Below are positions 13,570 to 26,324 of a DNA stretch of 64,000 nucleotides, piece by piece. Every line of letters starts with the position of its first letter. The stretch's first letter is position 1. The notes under the pieces were generated by a model, which was given only the letters and a program-made list of their open reading frames with translations, did no database searches and was not told the DNA's origin. Made by a program: the position numbers and the translations under genes. The DNA comes from Eledone cirrhosa (Eukaryota). The stretch lies in assembly GCA_964016885.1 (NCBI GenBank), contig OZ024757.1, positions 33,294,001 to 33,358,000 of the forward strand, read 5' to 3'.

Positions 13570-14854
13570 GTTCGTATCTTTGCTTTCTTCATTGTTTTAA
13601 TTTAGCCCTGGGTCAGTCTTCATCCTGCAGCAGACCCTTAAGTCCATAAGTGAAGCTGTTCCCATCTTCTGTTCAGACATACCTAAGACTGAATTATTCC
13701 TTGTAGTATTTTTTTTTTTTGTCTCCTATTTAACCGTTTTTTATGACAACCTAACCAAAACCAGTTTTCAACTATGCAGCTTTAGCTGGCCTCTTATAGG
13801 AGGTTTCTTAGATGTTTTAATGATGGGGGCTCCTGGTCAAATCATGTTATTACATCTCTCACCTATGCAGGTTTAGCTGGCCTCCCACAAGGTTGCATCT
13901 TATATGTGGTTTCTAGGGTGTTTTAATAATAGAGGCCCCAGTCCTATCATGTTAGAGCTGTCTATTATGCAGATTTAGCTAGCCTGCTATTAAGTATCTT
14001 ATAGGAGGTTCCCCAGGTGTTTTAATGACAAGAGACTCGGTCCTGTCATGTTGTTACAGCCCCTACTCTCATGTAGGTTTATTTGGCTTCCTACAAAGTT
14101 GCACCCTATAGGGGGTTTCTCGGGTGTTTTAATGATAGAGGCCTCAGTCCTATCAAGAAAAGCAATATGAAATGAAGTGTTTTGCTCAAGAACACATGCT
14201 ACCCTGATAAGAATCATACACACTTTGTCATGAATCCAACACCCTAACCACTAGGCCTGTCTTTTTATGTTCCATAGCTTAACGGTTCAACAAAAAGAAA
14301 TCAATAATGATCAACTAAAATTCCTTCAAGGCAGTGCTCCAGCATGGCCGCAGTCTAAAGACGAACCAGTAAAAGTCTGAAAAACTAGTCATTCTGTCCA
14401 CCTTGGTTGTCTCCCTTTTGGCATCTGGCAGAAATTCGAATCCAACAGTAAGGTGTACACCACCCCATCCACTCCCACACAACTGGGTTGTGTCTCCCCC
14501 ACACAGATGTTTATCTGCAGCCCCCTCACACACCACAGCTGGGTAACTATGCCCCCATTCCATACTCACCATACAGATGGTGACTACATCTCGCCCCCAC
14601 ACCTGGGTAACCATACCCCCTTCCACACATACCATACAGATGATAACTACACCTCGCCCCCACACACACTTGGGTAAATATACTCCCATCCACACACACC
14701 ATACAGATGGTAACTACACCTACCCCAACCACACACTCCATGGTAACTACACCTCCCTCTCCCCACCGATATAGACACACACCATGTGGGTAGACTACAG
14801 GCATATCCAGGGTACTCATATACCCTATACTCTTTGAACACTTCTTTAATACTT

Positions 14855-15058
14855 TAACATTTAAACCGGCCATATCTGGCCAGAATTTTCTCACCACTTT
14901 CTGTTCAAACCAGCCATAACCAACAGCTCATACTGATGTTAAGGTATTTTTATCAAAATCTTGTAGATTCGATATTATGTGAGATATGTGAAATAAAAGT
15001 GTTTACCGTGAAAATACAATAGTATATATATAGAGTAATGTAAATACTAAAGGGTTAA
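14855..15058. mobile_element. TTAA MITE copy
   Basis: Internal homology; right TIR AAAGGG-ttaa. Confidence 0.7.
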
Positions 15059-16131
15059 AAGAGGGTACAGAATTGTCACAGAACAGTCTAAAGTAGCCAC
15101 CAAACTGGGGTAGATTTACCTCATGTGGACACAAACCATGTTTATGTAATTATAGAAACTTATAAGGCCGATGGATTGACAGAATTGGTAGAGTGTCGGA
15201 CCACATGTTTTGCAGTATATAGTTAGGGCTCTTTATGTCATAGTTCAAATCCCACCAAGGTTAACTTTGCCTTTTATCCTTGCGAAGTCAATAAAATAAA
15301 GACCAGTAACACACAGGGGTAGATTTAATTGATTTTCCCCTCCCCAGTGTTTATATAATTATATAAACTTATAAGGGTGGTGGATTGGCAGAATCGGTAG
15401 AAAGTCTGACATGTTTTGTGGTATATAGTTAGGGCTCTTTATGTCATGAATTCAAATCCCGCCAAGGTTAACTTTGCTTTTCATCCTTAAGTGGGTTGAT
15501 AAAATAAAGTACCAATAATGCACTGGGGTAGATTTAATCGACTTTCCCTTCAAATAAGTTCAGAACGTCGGGGGCTCATCTGAGGAGGGAGCCCCGTGAA
15601 GTGAGGTGGCTGTTACAGCGGGTGTCGCTGGTCATTGTCTGCAGGAGTTCTTTTGCGGTCTTGTCCGTGGAGCGCAGCCCTTCCACCAGTGCCTTAGGCC
15701 CAGAGTCCAATCATCCTCCCCCTTCCCATTCTTCTGTGACAATAGACTCCTTGCCATTCCCTCCCTTTCCCGTTTTTTCTCTTTATTTTCCTATTTTACA
15801 TTCCATTCTTCTCAATCTAAATTTTGTTTTTCTATTAAATTGTATTTACATGATATATTCCATAAATAAAATAATTTCATTAAGTTTTTAAAAAAAAATG
15901 ATATAAATTTATATTTGCCATTTTGTTTTAACACTTTAGCATTCAAACCAGCCATATCTAGCCACAATTCTTTCACCATTTTCTGTTCAAACTGGCCATA
16001 ACTGGTGGTTCACATTGACGTTAAGGTATTGTTCTCAAAATAAATAATATCAAAATTTCATAGATTCGATATTATGTGAGAGAATTATATGATGTAAAGC
16101 CTATACCACGAAAAACAATAGTATATATAGA

Positions 16132-16740
16132 CCAAATTAAAAGATATATGTTTAGCAAGGAAAAGCGGACGTAAAATGATGATGATGATGATAGAGAGAA
16201 AGGGCCATATATTGTAAAGGAAACACAGTATATTGTCTATATACCAAATACATATTCAATAGAAGAATATGTACACAGATGGAATCATTGATTACATAGA
16301 TCAATTTTTAGCCATACTCTCCAGGTATGAAATAGCACTATAAGGTTTCACTTACGATTCCATCTGTGTACATATTCTTCTATTGAATATGTATTTAGTA
16401 TTGGTGGATTGGCAGTATCGGTAGAGGGTCGGACGCCATGCTTTGACGCATAGAGTTACGGCCCTTGCCATTCTGAGTTCAAATCCCGCCGAGGTTAACT
16501 TTGCCTTTCATCCTTACGGGGTCGATAAAATAAAGTACCAGTAATACACTGTGATAATTGCTGGCCTTGTGCCAAAAGTAGAAACAAGTATATATACAAT
16601 ATACCGTGTTTCTCTTACAATATATGGCTCTTTCTCTCTATATCATCTTTTAATTTGGTTATTATGGCTCTAGATAAAGTCTATTGAAACACAAAATTCT
16701 AAACATATCTGTTGTTTTGATTCATCATTTGTATATAGTA
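16132..16740. mobile_element. Foldback element, family C, with a SINE inserted in the right arm
   Basis: Arms ~16195-16286 vs 16356-16400 + 16590-16640; the spacer holds atac(loop)gtat-GAAA-tag(ca)cta-TA; related copy at 32935-33130. Confidence 0.55.
16402..16590 (+). mobile_element. SINE family 1 copy
   Basis: A/B boxes, central domain and gccttgtgccaaaagtagaaac tail. Confidence 0.85.
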
Positions 16741-16862
16741 TATATTGAATAATGTAAATGCTAAAAGGTTAAATAATTTTTTTATGGGGGGTAGGGGGTG
16801 TTATCTAATGTTTTGTTTAATATTTTTTTCTTTTTCTTTTTCTTTTTCTTTTCTCTCTTCAG

Positions 16863-17347
16863 AGAAGTCTGCAAACACTGCGCAGACAAAAATTGACCGG
16901 GAGCTAGAACATCAGTTTGAACAGGGTCAAGAACACAAACGTCTGAGTGGCAAACATGGTCACACGGGTCTAGGTTTTAAACCCGAAGAGGAAGAGACCC
17001 AGCAGGAGGCCGCTCTGGTGTCTGCAGCGAAGAAGGTGCGCAAGGACAATGCTGGTGGTGGTGGCGGCGGCGGGGACAACAGCAATCAGTTCCCTGGAGA
17101 GAACCCGGAAGATGAGGAAGACGAAGACGAGGAGGATGAAGATGAAGAGGAAGAGGACGAAGAGGAAGACGAGGACAAGTCCCTTGATGGCGTTGACGAC
17201 GAAGAGCTGAGTGACGAAGAGGAGGACGAAGAAGAAGATGACGTAGAAGATGACATCAGTGAAGAAGAGGAGGATGGAGGTGACGGGGGTGGAAAAGTAG
17301 GATCCTCGGATGCTAAGAAGGCCAATGTAGCAGAGAAGGGCCATTAA
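16863..17347 (+). CDS. C11orf58: SMAP/C11orf58 last coding exon (KIDRELEHQFEQ...GHTGLGF followed by a D/E-rich tail)
   Basis: Long pyrimidine tract+CAG acceptor, phase 1; L-E-x-Q-F...GLGF motif and acidic tail typical of SMAP; stop TAA at 17345-17347; AATAAA at 17649. Confidence 0.9.
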
Positions 17348-18236
17348 TTAAATGAAACAGCCATTTTAGTGGGATGGGATGGGGCGGTAGGAAGGGGTCT
17401 TAGGTTGGAAAAGAAAGAGAAAAAGGCTGATGTCATCGTTATCGTCATGGTGGAGAAAAAAGGGCCATCGATAAAAAATAAAAAAAAAAGCAGTGCTGGG
17501 GCTTTATTCTTTCCTATGAAAAAAAAAAAGAAACAAAAAAAAACATTTTTACATTTTTCTTGTCATCTCATTTTTTCTCTCATGTCCATGTCATTGTGTC
17601 ATTTTAACCAATGTCTCTGGTGGTCACTCCAGGCAGACTTACCACCACAATAAAACATTATCATTAGTTAATGGTATTTTGTTTTTTTTTCTCCCTCTCT
17701 TTATATATATATATCGTGTGAAGACGTGTGGCTGTGTGGTTAGAGAATTGGATTTGCAATTGTAAGGTTGTGATTTTGATTCTCAGACCGGGTGATGCGT
17801 TATGTCCTTGAGCAAGACACTTTATTTCATGTTGTTCCTTCTGCCTGGAGTTGCGACCGACAGATAGTATTAGCAATTAGAAAGACTAATGGAAACGTTT
17901 CCTCTGCCTGATTTGATGAGGTCTGGGACGTGTCGATTGACTATCAATATATACCGTATTTGCCAGCCTATTGGATGCCCCCAGGTTTTACAAGGACATT
18001 TTGAGGGGAAAAAATTTCTGGTACATTTTTTTCATAAATTTATTAAAAATTATTTCATTGTTTTCTCAGGAACTCTTATACAAGTTTGACATCATTTTTG
18101 CTTATATAGATTTTATTGTATTGCTGTATCAGTAATACTAATAGTAACACAAACTCAATTTTTTAAACCATAATTGTCCTTACCCTCTGTTCGGCCTTCC
18201 ATCGGTGATACTGGCGTATTGGATGCAGGGAAGAAT

Positions 18237-18267
<31 letters not shown>

Positions 18268-18517
18268 AAAAGTGTGTCTAATAGGCTGGGAAATACAATA
18301 TATATATACACTGACCCCATCTGAGGGGTCAGTGCTTCGCTTGAGTGCTGACTTGATTTGTGAAGACATGTCCAACCCTTTCTAGTAGGAAAAATGAACA
18401 TTAAGTGATATGTGTATATAGGTATGTAGATATGTATATATATATATATATATATGCATATATTATCTATGTATGCATATGTATCTATCTATGTATGCAT
18501 ATATATCTATCTATGTA

Positions 18518-18559
<42 letters not shown>

Positions 18560-20299
18560 AATGAAATCTGTTGTAGTTTACTTAAAGCATTTTGTTTTAT
18601 TAGAAGGCTACAACAATGCAAATGCCGGAGTTGTTTAACCCTTTAGCATTTAAACTGGCCGTATCTGGCCAGAATTCTCTCACCTCTTTCTGTTCAAACC
18701 AGCTGTAACTGGCTGCTCATACTGATGTTAAGGTATTGTTCTCAAAATAAATAACATCAAAATCTCGTAAATTCCAACAACTTTGTTATCATTATTTCTA
18801 ACATTTAAGGTCCCATTAGCATTGTTGTAGCCAAATAAAACACTATTCTCTCTCTTTCTTTCTATGTATATATATATAATAAGAAAATGCAAAGTAGTTT
18901 CAAATGTTAAAGTTCTTTATTGATAAAGCCATGATACATATTTCAATGATGACAATGGCCAGGCAATTCTGCCTAACCAGTGCCATGATCTCATCAGACG
19001 GTTTCTTACATAATAAGGTTACGTTCTCAAGGCAATCCAAATTAAAGCGACAAAGAAGCTATCTGATGAAATCATGGCACTGGTTAGGCGGAATTGCCTG
19101 GCAACTGTCATTGAAATATGTATCACAGCCTTATCAATAAAGGACTTCACATTTTCTTATTCTAAATATACTCTGTCCTTCCTATGTGGAAAAAGTATGT
19201 TGAATTGAATTGCATCAATGTTTACCGTAAGTATATATATATATATGTGTGTGTGTGTGGTTGGTAATGGGAAGGGCATCCAGCTGTAGAAGGCTTGCCA
19301 AACAAAGGGTTGGGAGGACCTTTCAGTCATGTCAAGGACATGACAGCTTCCCTAGAGTTTGGTGATCTACCTGATAAATACACCCAGTACATGCTTCAAA
19401 GTGGTTGGTGATAGGAAGGGCATCCAGCTTATTAAATACTGGATTGGGAGGACCTTCAGTTGTGTGAAAGACATGGCAATCTCTCCTGTGCACTCGGTAG
19501 AATGTGAGAGATCGTACATAAGTGAGACGACAGATTGCTGGCTTGTCCGGGACATAAGTACCCCGCTTCAGTACTGACTTAGTCTGACCCTTGCTAGCTG
19601 GGAAAGCAGACATTAAACGATGACAATGATATAACACTTCTCTAATGTTGGTGCTATGATACACCACACTCAGTAAAGTGGTTGGTGATAATAAAGGCAT
19701 CCTACTGTAGAAAATCTGCCAAACTAAGGGTCAGAACACTTCAGCTGTGCCATAGACATGACAACCTCCCTCGTGTTGGAGACGTATGCAGTACAGTAAA
19801 GTGGTTTGTGATAAGACAAAGAAAGTTAGTTATATTTCTAAATATCTCCATACTCTTGACCATTTTCATAATTACAGTGAAATTTCATTAGTATAAAAAA
19901 AGAATTTGTTGTAATGGAAAATTCTTTATACCAGAACAAGAGGCAGTTAATACCAAATTCAGACAAGTGACCACAATTAAAAAAAACATGACCCTTCGCA
20001 TAGTGGAAATTAAAATTTAATAACTGATATTCTTTTATCAGGTTTTCGGGGGTATTATTTTTCCAGTTTTTCCATCATTTTCTCTCATAATTTAGTGAAA
20101 GCCCAAAACATTTTCTTGTTCTTTAGTACTCATTTCTTTTCTTTTCCGTCTTTTTTGGGGGTGGGGTGGACGGATGGACATCTTACCGTTTGAAGAAGAT
20201 ACAGCGTAACTGTCTGGTTCCTGCAGGAAATCTGTCAATTTACTGTGTGATAGTAGAAGTGGTGGTGATTTTACTAAATGGTTTGTTGTAAAACTGGGT

Positions 20300-20389
20300 C
20301 TAGACTGGTGTGGTATGAGGTTTCTTTAAAGTAGGGCATTTTTTTGTGTTGCCTTTGGCAACAACTTTCGATATTGTATTTACTTTATC
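20300..20389 (-). CDS. STK33: STK33-like probable last coding exon DKVNTISKVVAKGNTKKCPTLKKPHTTPV*
   Basis: Strong pyrimidine tract+cag acceptor at 20390; phase 0 reads to TAG at 20302-20300; not conserved, so less certain. Confidence 0.55.
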   Translation of the reverse strand, partial: DKVNTISKVVAKGNTKKCPTLKKPHTTPV

Positions 20390-20921
20390 CTGAAAAAGTA
20401 AAGAAAAAAGAAAAGAAATCTCTTCATCCTTTCATGGTTGATAAATAAAATACTAGTCCAGTTCTGAAGTCAATTCTTCTACTGTATCTCTTTTACGCCC
20501 TCTCTCCTCTGGAAGAAATATTGACTGTATTGACTCAAGATGGGATGGTCTCTGCCAGATTTTAAAATATCCAAGGTACTCCAATATTTATTTGACTCTA
20601 TTATTTAAATATACTGATCTTTACTTATGGTCAGGTGATTTTTTATTTTTTATTTTTATATAAAAGAATGGAACTTGACACATCAGTTTCTACCTAAGTA
20701 TCCTTTTACCATGTCACCATACCATCAATCCATATGCTCACCCACTGTGCTACCTATCCACCTAAAAACCTTCCCATCATGCCATCAAACCATCTACTTA
20801 CCCAGCATGCCAATAACATTCCCACTCACTGAGCATACCAGCAACCATTGAACACTCCCATTCACCCAGCATGCCACCCACAAATTGGCCCACCAAACAA
20901 CAATCTAAAGTAAATCCTTAC

Positions 20922-21041
20922 GTCTGAGGCTTTAGATTCGCTGCTGAACGTTTTCTTCAGATGCTCCTTTTTAAGGTCATCTTGCCAAATTTCCATCATC
21001 TCCAGAATGTTAGAGTACGGCTTACTGTCATCTTTGTTTCC
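20922..21041 (-). CDS. STK33: STK33-like exon 9 GNKDDSKPYSNILEMMEIWQDDLKKEHLKKTFSSESKASD
   Basis: N-[IV]-LEMM-xx-W motif conserved after the STK33 kinase domain; cag/gtaagg; 120 nt. Confidence 0.88.
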
Positions 21042-21296
21042 CTGCAGAAGAAAACAAACAGGATTGATACATCTGCTGGAGCCCTACATTGGTTACTCCT
21101 TACAGGACATGCACAAAATCAGAAGGAGTTACTTTCTACAGAACAGATACACAAAATTAGGAGGGTTATTTTTAACAGAACAGACACACAAAATTAGAAC
21201 AGGTTACTTACTTCCTGCAGAACAGATAAACAAAATTAGAAGAGGTTACTTTCTACAGAACAGATACACAAAATTAGAAGGGGTTACTTACTTAAA

Positions 21297-21925
21297 ATAA
21301 TAATGAAATTATTGTGTACAATGCTCGGGTGCACTACAACTCATCAAAGGTACATAGAATAATGTACAAATGTCAGGAAAGTGAACAGTATATCAGTCAT
21401 GATATACATGCGTGTGTGTGTATGGAGGGAGGATATCAGGTGTAGTGTTGGCGAATTTCAGGAAGCATGGAGATTTTAAAGGATGCAGTGACTAGGCAGC
21501 TAATAACTGATGCAAGGAGTTTGTTCCATGCTTCGGCAACTCTGAGCATGAAAAAATGTTTCCGAAAGTCATGGGAGCTGTACTGTTTTCTGACTTTGTA
21601 GGCATGCCCACATGGAAATCAAAAAGGTGCTCAGGGTTGTTCTTGGCAAGATGGTTAATAATTTTGTGGGTATTTATCAAGTCAGTTGCCAGACGTTGGA
21701 GCTTCAATGTATCCATGCCCGTGGCAGATGCCTGATGGAGAGTATTCGCTTGGTTGCACATCTCTGAACAGTTTCCAGGAGGTCAATGTTCTGAGCAAGA
21801 TATGGGGTTGGCCGCACCATAGCTATATACAGCTTTAAATAGATAGCTGGAGAGCAACTGACAAAGGTCTTTCTGAGTGACGTTAAGACACCCTTGGCTT
21901 TCTTGACAATTTTAGAGACGTGCTT
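21297..21925 (-). mobile_element. CR1/L2-group LINE 3' fragment, same family as 62020-62712
   Basis: High nucleotide similarity and homologous ORF pieces; short + copy at 26990-27255. Confidence 0.85.
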
Positions 21926-22164
21926 CATCCAGCACTAATCGTTGACAGTAATGCCCAGGTCACATTCACAAGAAGACTTCTTATATTACAGAACATGGTA
22001 CATTCTACAGATACATGTACTCTTAATATAATGTTCAGGGAGAATGAATTTGATGATGTGTGACATGGCTGACCCATTGAATTATAAGTACAGAAGTGAG
22101 AGAGAGATACCATAGGCCAATGATGGTTTAAGGCTTGAGAGAGTTAATGTAAGCCAAGGATAGT

Positions 22165-22648
22165 TTAACCCTTTAGAATTTACATTACTCTATATATACT
22201 ATTGTATTTTCATGGTAAAGGCTTTACCTCACATAATATCGAATCTATGAGATTTCGATGTTATTTATTTTGAGAACAATACCTTAACCTCAGTTTGAAC
22301 AGAAAGAGGTGAGAGAATTCTGGCTGGACACAGCCAGTTTAAATGCTTACGGGTTAAGGCTTGAGAGGGGAGAATTATTGTAATCCAAGAATAGTTTAAG
22401 GTTTGAGAGGGAGAGAAAGACTTACTGTAATCCAAGGATAGTTTAAGGCTTTAGCATTTAAACTGGCCAGAATTGTCTCAACTTTTTCTCTTTAAACCAG
22501 CTGTAATTGGCCATTCATATTGACATTAAGGTATTGTTTTTAAAATAAATAACATCAAAATCTCATAGATTGAATATTATGTGAGCTAAAGCCTTTACTG
22601 TGAAAATACAATAATAAATATAGAGTAATGTAAATGCTAAAGGGTTAA
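22165..22648. mobile_element. Two TTAA MITE copies in opposite orientation (22165-22357, 22443-22648)
   Basis: TIRs and TTAA; inserted in an exon-end-derived tandem repeat. Confidence 0.75.
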
Positions 22649-22686
22649 GGCTTGAAAGAGAGGGAGAGAGAAATAGTGATAATTAC

Positions 22687-22772
22687 CGTAAGCCAAGGAT
22701 GGTTTAAGGCTTCAGCGGCTGTCAGGCGATAGCTGGGATCAACCTGGAGTAATTTTGTGATGAATTCTTTTG
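22687..22772 (-). CDS. STK33: STK33-like exon 8 AKEFITKLLQVDPSYRLTAAEALNHPWLT
   Basis: Subdomain XI DP-xx-R...HPW; cag/gtaatt; 86 nt, phase 1/0. Confidence 0.92.
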
Positions 22773-23029
22773 CTGAAATATAAAATAAAATGAACAGACA
22801 TTTTGTTGGTTAATGCTACAGACACACACACTCATCACCATATATATCATCATCATCATTTAATGTCCATTTTCCACTAGTATGGGTTAGATAAATATAT
22901 ATATATATATGAATACACACACATACCCAGCTATTTCACCTTCTCTTTCTCATGTAAGCAAGATGCAGGACCCTGGGCCATCTGTAAGGTCAGTAGCTCT
23001 TCTTGAGTACTTATACAGAGAGACAGATA

Positions 23030-24150
23030 TACACATAGACACTGATAGATAGAGAGATAGACATCTAGATAATACAAATATGCAGAGAGAGACAGCTAGG
23101 TAAAGATAGATAGACATAAAGACACTGATAGAGATAGATTGACTGCTAGATAAAGATAGACATATGGCTTAGTGGTTAGAGCATTGGCCTTGCAATCGAA
23201 AGGTTGTGTGTGAGTTCAATTCTCAGACCAGGTGATGTGTTGTTTCCTTGAGCAAGACACTTTATTTCACATTGCTCCAGTTTACTCAGCTGTAGAAATG
23301 AGATGATAGGACTGGGGTCCCTATCATTCCACGGCAAAAAAAGCACCCAGCACTCACTGTAAATGAGGTTGGTGTTAGGAAGGGCATCCAGCTGTAGAAA
23401 TCAGGCCAGAATCAGTTCCCGTCCCACCCTTGCAAGCAGGGAAAAAGCGGACGTAAAATGAAATGAATAGATAGACTGCTAGATAAAGATAGACATAAAG
23501 ACACTGATAGAGATAGATAGACTGCTAGATAAAGATAGACATAAAGACACTGATAGAGATAGATAGACTGCTAGATAAAGATAGACATATAGAGAGATAG
23601 ACAGCTAGGTAAAGATAGATAGACATAAAGACACTGATAGAGATAGATAGACTGCTAGATAAAGATAGACAGCTAGGTAAAGATAGATAGACATAAAGAC
23701 ACTGATAGAGATAGATAGCTAGGTAAAGATAGATAGACATAAAGACACTGATAGAGATAGATAGACATATAGAGAGATAGACAGCTAGATAAAGATAGAC
23801 ATAAAGACACTGATAGAGATAGATAGACTGATAGATAAAGATAGACATAAAAACACTGACAGAGATAGATCGACTGCAAGATAAAGATAGACAAAAAGAC
23901 ACAGATAGAGAGGGAGATAGACTTCTAGATAAAGATAGACATAAAATACATTGATAGAGAGATGGACAGAAAGACAAAGAAATAGAGAGATAGACTTCTA
24001 GATAAAGATAGACATAATCACAAATAGTGATAGACATAAAGCCACAGATAGAGAGTTAGACAAAAAGACACTGATAGAGAGATAGACATAAAGGCAGATA
24101 AATAGAGAGATAGACTGCTAAATAAATGTAGACATAAAGACACAGATAGC
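23030..24150. repeat. Complex GATA/GACA-derived minisatellite
   Basis: agacataaagacactgatagagatagatagactgctagataaagat units. Confidence 0.85.
23163..23465 (+). mobile_element. tRNA-derived SINE family 2 (ccttgagcaagacacttt core) joined to the aaaagcacccag...ggaagggcatccagctgtagaa 3' module
   Basis: A box TGGCTTAGTGG and B box GAGTTCAATTC; copies at 590-845(-), 12338-12445, 17725-17850, 40265-40380(-), 63925-64000. Confidence 0.75.
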
Positions 24151-24166
24151 AAGCATGATGTCTAAC

Positions 24167-24279
24167 CTTCATTGCTGACATCATCCCATTCAGTTGATTT
24201 AAATGTAATTTTCCCACTCCTGATTTTCTTAATCAATTCTTTCTCATCATTGGCATAGAATGGTGGGTAGCCACAGAAT
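24167..24279 (-). CDS. STK33: STK33-like exon 7 FCGYPPFYANDEKELIKKIRSGKITFKSTEWDDVSNE
   Basis: GxPPF and subdomain X; cag/gttaga; 113 nt, phase 2/1. Confidence 0.92.
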
Positions 24280-24347
24280 CTGTTGAAGAAGACCAGGTTG
24301 AGGGTGTCAGTTGTCAATTGTAAAGGTATTGTTGCAATATGGATTTA

Positions 24348-24713
24348 TACAGTAGAACCTTGCAGTACGAGTGCCCCATTGTACAAGTAATTTGCTGTAT
24401 GAACCGAGGCTCGTGCAAATTTTTGTCTTGTAGTACAAGTGGAAATCTGCAGTACGAACAAGTTTCATACAGTTAATAAAACCAGTTTACATATTTCTTT
24501 TTCATTCTCTTTTATGTTTTTGTAATTGTCATATTCCTTGTAACTGCACTTTTTCTGGTTTAAAACCCATAAAAAATGATTTTTAGGGGGCTAGAATGGA
24601 TTATTTATATTTCAATTAATTTCAATGGGGAAAATTGATTTGTAAAACGAGTAAATCATAAAACGAGCTCGGTCATGGAATTAATTAAACTCGTACTGTG
24701 AGGTATCGCTGTA
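24348..24713. mobile_element. Tc1/mariner (pogo/Tigger-like) MITE
   Basis: ta-CAGTAGAACCTTGCAGTACGAG...CTCGTACTGTGAGGTATCGCTG-ta imperfect TIRs; a similar element lies at ~61412-61769. Confidence 0.6.
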
Positions 24714-25158
24714 TATGTGTGCATGAATGAGTGTATGAGAGTGTGTATATGAGAATGTGTGTGAGAGTATTAAGTTTAGCCATTAATGCAAAAAGCACCG
24801 AGCCCACACTGTAAATGTGGTTGGCATCAGGAAGGGTGTCCAGTCATAGAAACCAACCCCAAATCAGTTCTGTGTGAGCAAAACAGTCCTCCGACCTGGT
24901 TGTCTCACAACCAGATAGCACGTCCTACCAATGCTAGCGTGGTAAATGGACGTTAAACAATGATGATGATGATGATTAATAGGCAGGCGGAGACTGCTTA
25001 TTATTAACACTCTGCGACTTACGTCTACCAATAACCAGTGACGATATAAATGATGAATCCTACATTGGTAGCTGGATCCACATAATAGCATTGTGCACTC
25101 AAACTGGTGCACCATCATTAATTTAACATTAAACACCAACCAATTATATATATATATA

Positions 25159-25389
25159 CTAGCAAAAGAGCCTGTCGTTGCCAGGAACACCCTTACTCCT
25201 CAATATGGCACTCTTTAAATAGCACCAGAACTCTTCTATTTTAGGGGAGAGAAAGATTTAAACTATATGTTGACATGCCCTGGAAGCTAAATAACCTATG
25301 TATCAAATTTGAACAAAATTGGATGGAAACTGGAAATGCATAGACTGCATACAGACAGACAAACACACATTTTCGTTTATATATAGAGA
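25159..25389 (-). mobile_element. Non-autonomous Helitron
   Basis: Minus strand begins a|TC and ends CTAG|t with subterminal hairpin cctg-gcaacga-cagg; internal (gtct)n; inserted in (TA)n. Confidence 0.7.
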
Positions 25390-25654
25390 TATATATATAT
25401 ATATATATATTATCATCATCATCGCCGTTGAACGTCTATTTTTCCACCATTGCATGGATTAGATGGCTCGTCCATGTTATGAAAGTCTGGCTAGCTGGCT
25501 GCACCATACCTTGCTCAAATGAATCTGTATTTTGGCTGGATGACCTTCCTAATACACATTCATGTACAAATTTACATTATTCTTCTTGACATGAAAACAA
25601 ATTTTCTTGTTTCACAGGAATCCCCAGAAGAAATATTCTGTCAGGATAAATAAT

Positions 25655-25840
25655 TGTTTCTACTTTAGGCACAAGGCCAGCAATTACCCAGTGCATTACT
25701 GGTACTTTATTTTATTGACCCCGTAAGGATGAAAGGCAAAGTGAACCTCGGCGGGATTTGAACTCAGATCGTAAAGGGACGTAACTATGCTGGAAAGCAT
25801 GGCGTCCGACCCTCTACTGATACTGCCAATCCACCGCCCT
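25655..25840 (-). mobile_element. tRNA-derived SINE family 1 (central GCCTTTCATCCTTACGGGGTCGATAAAATAAAGTACCAG domain, MetaSINE-like)
   Basis: A box TGGCAGTATCAG and B box GAGTTCAAATCC; 16-bp TSD tgtcaggataaataat on both sides. Confidence 0.85.
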
Positions 25841-26324
25841 TGTCAGGATAAATAATGTCAAAAAATAATACATTCTCAGCTATTTTGTATTGAGAACTCA
25901 TATGAAATGGTTAGTAAGGGAGACCTGAATGATTTGAGTGTGAGTGTGTGGTGGAATGTAGTTGTTTTAAAAGTGAGCAATCGCTAGAACTTACAAGCAG
26001 TGGCATATTGCTGGGGAAGTGTAGGGGTGCTTGTTTATTTTAATTACACAAAACATAATAAAATATGTACAATACAATAATGAATAAAGATGTCATAATA
26101 ATGATTGGTGTGCATAAACATTTTTGTCTGAAAATTAGTCAGTTTTGTGGGAAAATTATGAACATCTGCTCCTGCCAAAAATGACAGGAGTAATACACCT
26201 ATAGTTATATGTGATAAGCCGTGACACCTCTATTGTATTGAGAACTCATATGAAATGGTTCTCCTTTGGTCTTGCAGTAAGGGAGAATTGAATGGTGTAA
26301 GTGTATGGTGGAGTGCAGCTGTTT

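Noticed and set aside
13570-13611. Extended SMAP micro-exon to an alternative phase-1 gtcagt donor
   Set aside because: The extension runs into repeat-like sequence and encodes an implausible hydrophobic peptide; not fully excluded without transcripts
16402-16495. tRNA genes suggested by A/B boxes here and at other SINE heads
   Set aside because: No complete cloverleaf; they continue into SINE body and tail
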